The position numbers were made by a program, and so were the translations under genes. From Lepidodermella squamata (lineage: Eukaryota > Animalia > Gastrotricha): DNA of 64,000 bases. Location of the stretch: contig JBLDXI010000050.1 in the NCBI GenBank assembly GCA_047495785.1, forward strand, positions 310,001 through 374,000. The letters run 5' to 3'. This document shows positions 1 through 10,545 of the stretch, piece by piece. Each line of letters opens with the position of its first letter. Position 1 is the first letter of the stretch. The notes beneath the pieces are model-generated. The model saw nothing but the letters and a program-made list of their open reading frames with translations. It was not told the origin of the DNA and made no database searches.

Positions 1-457
1 ATATTATAAATTGTTTCCAATTTTGCATTCCTCATGCAAATATTTTGTATCTGAAAATCAGGGTTCAAATGAACTCCAGAAATCCAAGAGAGACTATTTC
101 ATATTTATATGGTATGAGTAAAGAGTTCATATCTAAACGGAGCCGGAGGCGAGTTGAGATGAGTAACTCGAGTGCAGCAACTATCAAATGTTGACTATCG
201 AATTGGCCCAGCAACTCTCTAGCTATATTGTTGAGGACAATTCTATATTTTATATTTTCAAATTGACGAATTTCAAATCACCTATGTTAAGTTCTTGGAA
301 GTTTTTATACACCATGACGAATTATCTAACAAATGTATTATGAGTAATAGAAACTTGGCTATCCCGCTTTTAAAAGCAACGTGATTTAGTCAGAAGGTTT
401 CGCATAGTTAATGCGACTCCATGCTAGATTGCGTGGCCAGTTAACTTCTTAACTAAG

Positions 458-502
458 GTCTCGGATGAGTCTCTTGGCCGAGACGAAACGTATACGTCAG
501 AC
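458..502 (+). ncRNA. Minimal type I hammerhead ribozyme-like motif (Penelope-type), with a U4>G core variant
   Basis: GTCT-CGGATGA-GTCTC(ttggcc)GAGAC-GAAA-CGTATACG-TC-AGAC: stem I GTCT/AGAC, 5-bp stem II, GAAA, palindromic stem III, GUC triplet. It lies in a ~120-bp insert absent from the paralogous segment near 8700-8740. Confidence 0.6.
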
Positions 503-1393
503 ATTCAACGCAACAACGCAAATTATGTATAAACACGTGATAATTACAACCTGCTTTTGTGCAGGATTGTCGGTAGCTAAATTAAGCAGTAGATAAAATT
601 ATATTCAGAGGGGTTTTTTATTCGCTACACTTCGAACAGTATGTACTGTAATTAGTATATTGTTGCTCGAAAATAGCACTTTCTATAAAAAATGCAATAA
701 GTTTCTATTCGTTCGTAAATTCTATATTTGTATGGTATGACATGAGTAAAACGTTTATAAAACGTACGGAGCCGCCCGAGATTTACGAGTCGGAACGAGT
801 CGAAGACGAGTGGAGATGAGTAAATCGAGTGCGGCGAGTTCAGATATGAACGATTTACGAATGTTATACCGTAAAATATCGAATTGTCAAAGCTACTCGA
901 CCTATATTTTTGACGACAATTCTATATTTTTGTACTGTATATCTAGCACAAATCACACTTGTATTTTTCTTGCACACTTGATTTTTGAATCTGTGCAAAT
1001 GGCAGAACTTTTAAGCCATTCGCAATTGTGACTTAGTTTATTTGTTGAATTGAATGGAAGGGTTCGGCTCCTCGTGAGGTCAAGCCGTTTTTTCTTCTCG
1101 TTTTTGCACGCATTTTTTGTAGGGAAAATCGGGCTGTACATTTTTTATTTTTTATTCGAATTCATACTAAATACACTAATGTAAACTCTAAAACCCTTCA
1201 AAATTGAAGAAGGAGTGGGATAAATTCTCATTTTGCTGTCTGCCCCGTAACCATGGACATTCAGAAAAAGCACAGCATACGTCTAAACATTCAGCCACAT
1301 CTACCATGAACTCCTCGCTTGCAGAATCGGGGCTTAGTAAGTCGCATGGCATATCTTTTCACCATTTCCCGTTACCCAGCGGCCAACCTTGCT

Positions 1394-1863
1394 TCAAAAG
1401 ACCAGACATGGCCTGAGCGCATGGCCCTTCGGAGGCACGCGATGTAGTAGCTGAGAAAAGATTTCTTCGTCATACTTGCCAGACATGATGTCTTTTGCAA
1501 TAAAATGCGCCCATATGTGAAATGGCACCCTGTTCTCGCAGACTGCAAGCGATCCCAAGGTATCGATGCATTTTCTTAAGCGAAGTTCGCACACGACGTC
1601 TCGATCATAACTTTCTTTCAGCAAATCCCGTACGCTTAGTTTCAGCGTTCGCGTCTTCTTGGCTATTCAGAAAAGACTGAAGTAGAAAATCTTGAAATGA
1701 GAATGCTAAACGTCTTACCAGATAAGTTCCATCTTCTGCGTGATTGATTCGATTCTGCATCGATTACATCATTCGGAGCTGCCGGCTGTGTAATAGATGT
1801 TGGCTGAGTTATAGCTACAGCAGCCAGTGTACTGATAAAAATATACCATGGGAGGAAAGTCAT
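1394..1863 (-). CDS. Small secreted protein/peptide precursor, copy 1 (2 exons; intron 1663-1718)
   Basis: Signal peptide MTFLPWYIFISTLAAVA. A 56-nt GTAAGA...TAG intron joins ORF 1663-1863 to ORF 1394-1624 in frame. C-terminal C-x9-C-x-NRV...WA...AKDIMSGK is shared with copy 2. Confidence 0.75.
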
Positions 1864-2244
1864 TTGAAAATGTGAAGGCTAGAAAGCTGCGTATGACAGT
1901 GGCGCCTTTTATACGCAGCTTTCCAGCCTTCAAATTTCAATTATTCGCCCGAATCGAAAGATAATTCATGTTATGATATGTTAAACTATGGGCTTAAACT
2001 ATAATATAACAACGCGTTACACCCTTTTTTATTCAGGTATGTCGGTAGTTACATTTATATGCACGTACAATACCGTTTTGTTATATTCTCAAAATAATGA
2101 CATGCGCAGTCCTTATCCATCATGCTCACAGTAAAATATAACTACTTCTGCGACGAGTATACGAAACACAGGGTAGCATTCCGTTTAGGTGGAAACGTGG
2201 AAACCTATGCGCATAGGAAAAAAGCATTTTATGGGCCTTAGACC

Positions 2245-2308
2245 TCAAGCTAGTAAAAGCTGCAACAGCTAATATGCAAATTAAAACACAGCGTGAAAGG
2301 AACGCCAT
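2245..2308 (-). pseudogene. Truncated third copy (signal peptide only) of the same family
   Basis: MAFLSRCVLICILAVAAFTS, preceded by the same CAATCTCATATT-ATG context as copy 2. No exon 2 found. Confidence 0.45.
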
Positions 2309-3102
2309 AATATGAGATTGTGCTAAGAGAATGCGAGAATTGCCGGGGCCCGGGGCTCGAGCTAAATATTTCCGCGAGTCCGAGAGGCAATATTCCTAAG
2401 TTTATACATCGTGCGGGGAACAAATTTCGCATAATTAGTATTGCTTTTGAAGGAATTCACAATAATGAATCATTTATTGTATATATTATGAAAACTGGGC
2501 TGTTCCTTTCGTGTTTATATGTATACACACGTGATTTGTACAACAAATAATGCGGGTACGTTGAATTTATATTCATATAGTGCAGGTGTATTTCATATTT
2601 CGAAATGAAATCCTGATTCATTTTAAGCATGCAGTGATAGAGGATTAATCCTGCAATCTTTAATCAGGGTACAGGGGGAAGGGTAGTAAATCCTTGGGAC
2701 TAATAGAGATGGACTCGAAACTGAGCGAAAAAGGTTCTGAGGACTGAAAATAATCCGTTTCGTGTGCGCCATGTTTTCGAGGCAAAAAGTCGTCGCAAAC
2801 ATTAAGTTTGATGCGTTAAAGCAGCATCTGCCCATTATAGCGCTAAAAATGCCCAGCGGTACTCGTTAAGGCAACTATAGCCAAGCCCGTAATAATCATA
2901 AATCAAAACTGTTTAGAAATTTGGAAAGAGCAACTCAAGACGCGTGCATTGATATGAAAATTATACCGAAATGAAGAAATATCAGTGTTTTATTTCACAA
3001 GAAATAATAATTGCATACAATCATTAAACTTTTATCACGCAAAATGGAGTTTGTAAATAATTCAGCCATTTTCACTTGGATTTAGGTTTTGATTTTGATT
3101 TT

Positions 3103-6100
3103 TTAGATAGATACGGGTTTTTTGAGAGATGATCGTTGTGGCCAGCCAGGCACGACCGCAAACTCATGATCTTTCGCATATCTCACTATGCGCGATGCGA
3201 AAACACAGCGGACTAACTTCAAGATAGCCAGCTTTCTTTGGGCGGAAATGTTGGGCATCGAATTATTCAAGAGATACTGCTCGAATTCTTTCGTCAACAA
3301 GCGAGAGCAGTTATCGGCACTACAACAAAGGCCGAGTACTTGAAGGACGTCGCCATGCGGTCGCACCAAGCCACCGCGTGAAACCTCGTCGATATAGTTA
3401 TTCAGTTCAATGTTTCGATTGTCATTGTCTTCGCACCTAAGGCCTAGTCGGCGGCTGATGAAGCCAGCAACGTAGCTGAACGATTTGTAGTTGTTCTTTA
3501 GATTGCGAGGGAGAGCAACTTTCACCAGTTGTACAGACTTAATTCGCTCCAGAGCCGCTTTCTTGCAAACCCTTGCTGCGACGATTTGAATAGCGTCGTG
3601 GTCAACTCCATCGATGTTGGCTGCCCTTGGAATGCCGAAGTGGGAGCTGCACATTCGCAGGTGAGCCGCGTATACCAAGACGTCAAAAACAGACGGGTGG
3701 CTTTTAGAGCCGCCACACTGGCGAAACTGAGCGAAGAGCTGTTCCGCTCCGTCTTGGTTGAACCTATTCGTCATGACGACCTTGACACCTTGCGATAGTA
3801 GGCAGGGGCGTAACTAAGGGAGGGCCAGGGGGGGCACCGGCCCCACCAGCTGGAAAAATACCCTCGGGGTACCACAGGGGGGACCCTTTGGTCTGAAAAA
3901 TTCGGGGCCGGAAAGATGTGCTGGCCCCAAGGCTGGCCCCACCAGTTTGGTAGACCTAGTTACGCCGCTGATAGTAGGAATTTGCTGAGTTTGACGATAT
4001 TCTTAGTAGCCTCGACCATTCCACGAAATACATTCTTGGGCCAGGATGTGGAACGTTTTCGTTTTGCGCCATTTTTATCAACAATTTCGCGATAGTTTGA
4101 TCGATTGAGATTTTGACAAACTCGAATTTTCCGTAGAAAATCGTTTTCCAGCCATTGAAATCGCGGATCTTCGGGATCAGTAAAAGGTCGTAACGTCGGA
4201 TTTTTACTTTGCGCACACCGTTTGAAGGATGATGAATTCAGAATATCGAACCATTTGTCGAAGACTACTAACAAATCGGCCATCGCAGTTGCATTCTTCT
4301 TATCGAATGTTGACGAGTAGTGCAAAACAGCTCGGGCCATCGAACGGGAGAAAACTTGGACCGCCAGGGCCGTCCGCATTTTTTGCGGGGCTCGCTTGTT
4401 TTTCTCGATTGTAAATAGGTGATGATGGGTGATTTTTCGGATCATTCGGAAGAACTGCTCAATATCTTCGTGGAACGCATTTTGCAATAGCTTCCATTTG
4501 AAAATTCCGCCACCAGGTAATATGAAATCGCCGTTTATGAGGCCGTTTCGAGCACACTGCGCGCGAAGTAAAAACCTTTTTCGTTATAAATAAATTGGAA
4601 ACAAGCTACCTACCTTAATCAGATGTGGCACATCCGGAATGATAAATACTTTTTGGCCGGGCATTGTTGGGTGATCGAACTCGAGCTGTTTACTGAAGCC
4701 ACTATCAATCATCGACCATCGACGAATCATCGACGAAACTGCTTGACTGCCGATCGCGGCCATGCGTCGAATTGTCTCAAGTAAAGCATCCTTCATGAAA
4801 CTAGCCGAAGCATTATTTGTAACGGGATAATTGGCCGTATTTATGAGCAACCGGCATGCGGCAAATCGAATTACGAAACTCAGAACCTTCGTAGCTGGTT
4901 TCGTCGGGTTGTCCATCGCCATGCCAACAACGAGCCCTTGCCGGTTGGGCACTGGGCGGAGGGTGCCCGATACATGGACTTCATCCATCATCACATGACA
5001 GAACCTGAAGTCCACGTCAGGCATCAACTTCATCTGGGCATCAAGTAAGGAGTAGGCAGATTCTGATTGCCCGCCTTCGTATTCTACAGGAATTAGTCGT
5101 TGCAACGTTCGTTCGCAAGGCAAAATCATCATCCGCGATCTTACGATTTCGTTGTAAAGTGAAGGGCCACGAAGGTGCATTCCGAGGGCATATCGCAGAG
5201 TTAGAGGTGAATACCGCCGGCCTCGGGCGTCGAGAACATCGCGCAAACGTTGTTGTTCTGCCAGGAACTTGTCAAGCTCTTCATTTGAAACGAGATTTTT
5301 TGGAAGGAACACGCTACCCACGGGTAAATTGTTGACATTCGCCTCAGCCTCGACCTCGTCCATTGCAGTTTCCATGGCTATTTCAGCGATTTGCTTTTTT
5401 AAAGACATTCCAACAGCTATCGACAGCGGCGACTGAGTCTTCAGCTTTCGACCACATCGTCCACGGTAATAGCTAGCTTTGCTTATAGCATTCTTCAATT
5501 TTCGTTTAAGTTCGACGGCTTCTTTCTCAGCTTCAATCTTCGCAGCGGAAGCCGCGGCGATTTCACCCTCTGCTTTACCCAAAGCCACGACAAGATTTTT
5601 CTTTTCTTCTTCCAACCTAGCGATATCATCTTGGCTAGGAATGGCTCGTTTCGGTTTAGGTTCAGCAGTCGATAGATCGAATATTGGCGAGAAATCGATA
5701 GGTAATACCCGTTTACGAGCCGTTGAAGGAACTGATAAATCCATGGCAATATCTGCCGAAGTCGAAATCGCTACGGCAACTCGTGATTCCGAAACTTGAG
5801 CCGATCCAAGCTTGGGTAATTTTATTAACCAATACCCAGAATTACTGCCAGGGCCATTATCGGTGGCAATCTCAAACACCACATCACCCGGATGGGATAG
5901 AGGCGATGGTGACGTGAGGGGCATTTGCGAAATAGGCGCGGCATGGGTCGAATCATTCGAAGGCTGGTCAACAGAGTTGTTTTCATCAACAGAATCAGGA
6001 CAGCCGTTGATAATAGGCCGTTCGCCCTTCGGTACATAATTCTGATTTTTGTTTTTTCCTTTAGGTTTTCGCCCAATGCACTTGCTTTTCGATTTACGCG

Positions 6101-6104
6101 GCAT
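3103..6104 (-). pseudogene. P-element/THAP9-family transposase, disrupted by a MITE (intron 4557-4613)
   Basis: Motifs LPCERTL, MMDEVH, PDVPHLIK|CARNGL (restored by a 57-nt intron), KMRTALAVQVFS and TNRFNQDGAEQLFAQFRQ. Removing the MITE and one TSD gives a continuous ...SKFLLSQGVKVVMTNRFNQD. Confidence 0.88.
3803..3970. mobile_element. 168-bp hAT-type MITE inside the P transposase
   Basis: Termini CAGGGGCGTAACTA...TAGTTACGCCGCTG. 8-bp TSD ATAGTAGG at 3795-3802 and 3971-3978. Confidence 0.9.
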
Positions 6105-8034
6105 TCATCAATAATATTCTAAAACAATTTGTAACGATTCAAAAATTAAAGCCGTAATTAGAAAATATTCAAAAATATTAGATAACGCATAACATAATTT
6201 ATGAAACAGCTCGCTTCGCCAAAGGCAAAAGGCAATGGCCTTTCATGACAAGGCCCGATGATGAAGAGGCATATTAAAGTTGTTGATTTAGCAGAAAAGT
6301 TGCCTTTAAAGCACCCATAGTGACTTGTATCAATGCATTCGTCAGGAAACAAGCTTTCCGAATATTCAAGTTACAATTAAAAAATTTTTAAATGAATTCA
6401 CCAAGCTTTCCTTAACTTAAAAAACGACCAGAAAATCGCGTCATAATGGGCGGATGCAGATTTTTAGGCCTTTATTATTGTTAATCCGCTGCTTTTCGCA
6501 CTCGTGCGACAGCTTGTGAGTTTTTCAACGCTTTTTCATCCAACTCGTTGGTCAGAACATTTTTGTATGTGTTTATCAGCAAGTTTCGAGTCCATATCTA
6601 TTAGTCCCAAGAGTAAATCCTCTAGTTCGCCATAGACAATAGAGTCGACGCCCAGGGCGATGGCGAAGCGCCAGATCTAGCCCAATTCAAATGCAACCGA
6701 AGAATTCATTGATCATGGATGCTATTGATATTCATTTTTGTAGATAGGATTTTTACGAGGTTTTTACGATTTACGATGATCTCACCCTTAATGGTTCATC
6801 ATCTACACTACAGCTTAATCTGCAACACTGTTACAGACATATTTTGAAAGAAAATCGATAAAATTTCGCTTTATAAATAATTGAACTGATCGACATCTGA
6901 AAAAGGTACGAAAACACTGGTCAGAACCGAAATATTCAAACATGCGAGTGATGCAGCATTTTGCTGGATTAAATGGTAGTTCATCGACGCTACAACCGCT
7001 ACAATAGCATTTGATAAGAGAATTTGATAAGAGAACAGCCGCAGCGGCAGGAATCGGGTCGACCGCCGCTAACGCCATCACGAACTTCAAGTCCCTGGCA
7101 TCACTAGCCTCGCCTATTTCGATATAGAATTGCCGAAAGATGTCACTTTCAGCGAATTCACGAATTCACCCTGGAAGAGATTGATATAAATGTGATTCCA
7201 TAGGATTTCCAATGAGCCATGCGGCTAATAATGATTAGGATGGCGTTGCGGATTCCATAAGCGTTGAGTGATGTTTAAGCTTTTCACAAACTTGAAGCTC
7301 GTTTTCTTCGTTCCTCGAGCTCATCCTAGACTGATCAAGTAGTTCGTCATACAATAAGAAGCTAACTGTTAACGAAGTAACGCTTAACACCTCATGAAAT
7401 TGCTCTTTTCACCGTGTTTTGTCGACTAGTACCGAGCATTTCCCGTGCTCTCTTATTGACCAAATCTGCAGTGATTTTAATTTGACGCGATTTTACGAGT
7501 TCGCTCAGAACAAAATTACTTGGTGATTGGAAGCAGCAGGTACTTTCCGTCTGGTATGACTATGGGCCGAAAGTTTTATGCGTGAAACACGTCTCAAACA
7601 ACGTCGCCGCTGTTGGTGATGTAAATGATGCAAATTTAGGGCTGACTTCAACGCGTCAATTGCGTCGAGGAAAACGTCGACGTAGTCTAATTTTTCGGAC
7701 CCGGGACCCAGCCAGATTCGGACCCTTCTCCCTTCGGCGACGGCGCCATAGTTGTCTCAGAACGTCGACTCGTCAAGCTGCTTGTCGACTAACAACTAAC
7801 TGATAATGAAGTAACAAGAAACATTTGAACTCTTCCACGTATCGACAAGTCGTTTTCTCAGTGTCACTTCTAATAACAATTTCATTAACGTGTAAACAAT
7901 AAACTGCTTAATGTTTAACTAGTAATTTATGGAAAGGTGTGCAATGGGTTCCCCCGACGCTACTGTAGCAGCTATGCTGCTGCTGTTGCCAATTAAGTAA
8001 ATACGGTTTTTGTCATTTATTTTATTCTATTTTA

Positions 8035-8516
8035 TTATAGCAAATGGTCATGCTTGCCAGACATTATTTCTTTGGCACGATACTGCGCCCACAGGTAGAA
8101 CGTCACCCTGTTCTTGCAGAGGGCACGCCATTTGAAGATATACATGCACATTTTAAAACGAAGTTTGTGCACGATTCGACCAATCAGTTCCGAAATCTCC
8201 GCATTGCCTTCTTTCAGCAATTTCAGAACGATTGGTCTCAGTCTTCGCGCCTTTTTATCTATCTCGGGATGACTGAGTTGAAAGATCTGGAAATTAGAAT
8301 GCTAAAAATCTTACCAGTTGTGTTGAATAGATTCGATTTTGCGTCGATATCGGTGATTTCAGTCGATACAGTATCATTCGTAGCTTCAAAGCCTACTGCC
8401 GGTGATTCTTGATCATCTGTTGCAGCAATGGCCGTTTCAGTTTCAGGCACGATAGGCTGGGTAGAAGCAGCAACAGGCAATGTCCAAATTAAAAAACAGA
8501 TTAGGAGGAAAGACAT
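8035..8516 (-). CDS. Small secreted protein/peptide precursor, copy 2 (intron 8259-8314)
   Basis: Signal peptide MSFLLICFLIWTLPVAA, acidic Thr-rich pro-region, homologous 56-nt intron, basic C-terminus KMCMYIFKWRALCKNRVTFYLWAQYRAKEIMSGK. Confidence 0.75.
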
Positions 8517-9479
8517 AATATGAGATTGCCGGATCACTATTAGAGCATTAGCTGAACATTTCCACGACTCCAAGAGACAATATTACATATCTTCAGGTTG
8601 ACGAATTTCAAACCATTATATCAAGTTTTTTGGACGTTTTTATACACAATGATGAATTATCTTACGAATATAATATGAGTAATGAGTAATAGAAACTTGG
8701 CTGCCTCTCTTGAAAGGAACGCGACGGTATTCAGCACAACAACACATATAATGTATACGTACACGTGATTATTACAGCCTATTTTTATGCAGGATTGTCG
8801 GTAGTTAAATTTATATGTAAATAATATTCAGTAACCTATGTTGTTTTTCGAAATTAGGAATTAGGACATGACCAATCTTGATTAATCATAAATCATAAGG
8901 ACCGCTTGCAGTGAAACCGGATTACTTTTACAATCTGAAATCAGTGTACAAAATACAGGGGAATGGCGGTGAATCCTCAATTTAGCGCTGATACAATTAG
9001 GGCTGAATATTTATTTCTCTGGCTGTCAGCCACCGGGGGTGAACCAAATATATTCATGCCGATGATAGAATGATGATAAGCTTAAAATGACAGAGATATT
9101 TTACCTGTGGCCAGTGAACAAGGCTGTGCCCAATCAAAACCCTGGAGGTCCAGGGTAGGTCCGATAACGTCAACCTGTGCCAGGGCTATGCCTAAGAATA
9201 ATTATAGCTTAGACATGGAACACCAATTCAATCAATAAGGCACTATGAGGACCGAAAGGTATTTCTCATTTTCGATCAGGGTCGATATTCACTCATATCA
9301 AAATCGTGTTATTTTTTACCATAAAAATGTTCCCCATCAATACAATGATTCAATTTCGGCTTCAATAAAATCATTTCAAGTATCAGCATCACCAACCTAA
9401 TTTTTTTACAAGTTCTTCATCGGATAGCACAAGTTGGGTGCAGCCCAATTTTTCGAACGAAAGAAATACGTGTTAATTG

Positions 9480-9513
9480 CAAGGTTTCGAGTCCATCTAC
9501 TATTAGTCCCAAG
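9480..9513. mobile_element. Solo 34-bp P-like TIR flanked by an 8-bp TSD (footprint)
   Basis: CAAGGTTTCGAGTCCATCTACTATTAGTCCCAAG resembles the right TIR at 6582-6611 and has GTTAATTG on both sides (9472-9479, 9514-9521). Confidence 0.75.
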
Positions 9514-10545
9514 GTTAATTGGATTGACATTGACTCGACATTTTCAACATTGGTGGGCGTGATCGAAACGTATCTGACATATTCAACTTTCATAAATAAG
9601 AGATAGGTATACCTTGAACTAACTTCGCGATTCGATCAAACCCACACGTAGCGAAGTGCTTCAACTTTGAGAGTGTATTTATTTTATAGGATTCAACCCA
9701 CATGGGGGCGCAAAATCACAACGTCTGTTGCTGAATTGGCCGCTAATAGTATCGACGAAACGGTTCAGTATTATGCGGATAGTTATATATTAGTGCAGTT
9801 CCATGTCTCATGTCAGTGATTGTGGGCGCATGTCGAGATTAAATATGTGTCAATCCATGTTCGTTTCGTCGTCATTCAAGTATTTTCTGTGAGTGACACT
9901 ATGTGTAAGTCTTGTTAAAGCCTCAACGCTATAGATCATTTTCCAACTTTGAAACTTGTTCCGATAGAAACGGTACCCATTTCTCGAACCCCTTCTTGAA
10001 TTACCAGATAATAAATAGCTAATACAATTAGAGTTGTGCTAGCCTAGCTTACATTGGATCATTCAGAACCTCACCCCCTTAGCCTAACAGTAAACCTTTA
10101 ACTTAAGTCCAATGTACAAGGTACGAGAAGCTGTGTGTTATAAAGGCTGCAAACTTGGGGAACTTCATAAAAGCTCAGTGTGATGATGTATGAGGCTGTG
10201 ATGATGAAGTTTTCGCGGGAACCATTTGAACACTAATTCTCAATTCGACAGTAAGTATCAAGTACTCAACTGCCGTTTTCAAGGGACCAAGTCCACTCAA
10301 TTAGGCTTAATTACGCAATTAGGCTAGATTGAAACAGCCCACGTTCGCGAGATCGGTAGAAAAAGTTTCAAGAACTTGAAGCCACGCACAGTTGGGGGTT
10401 GAATATTACATAAATTGCGCGGCCAGGTGGAACTCAGCATGTAGGTTGATAATAGGCTGTATTAGGGAAGATTATGCAATTAAGCCAGATTGAGCGTGAC
10501 TCCTCGTCCATTTTTCTAAATTTCCAGTACTAGAGACTTTTGAAA

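Larger units (their letters stand above)
2693..6611 (-). mobile_element. Full-length P-element-like DNA transposon with 30-bp TIRs and 8-bp TSD
   Basis: TIR CTTGGGACTAATAGA(G/T)ATGGACTCGAAACT at 2693-2722 and inverted at 6582-6611 (1 mismatch). TSD AGTAAATC at 2685-2692 and 6612-6619. The paralogous host segment near 8905-8985 lacks the insertion. Confidence 0.9.

Noticed and set aside
6631-7800. Decayed coding or transposon fragment
   Set aside because: Multiple stops, no assignable motif and no TIR/TSD pair.
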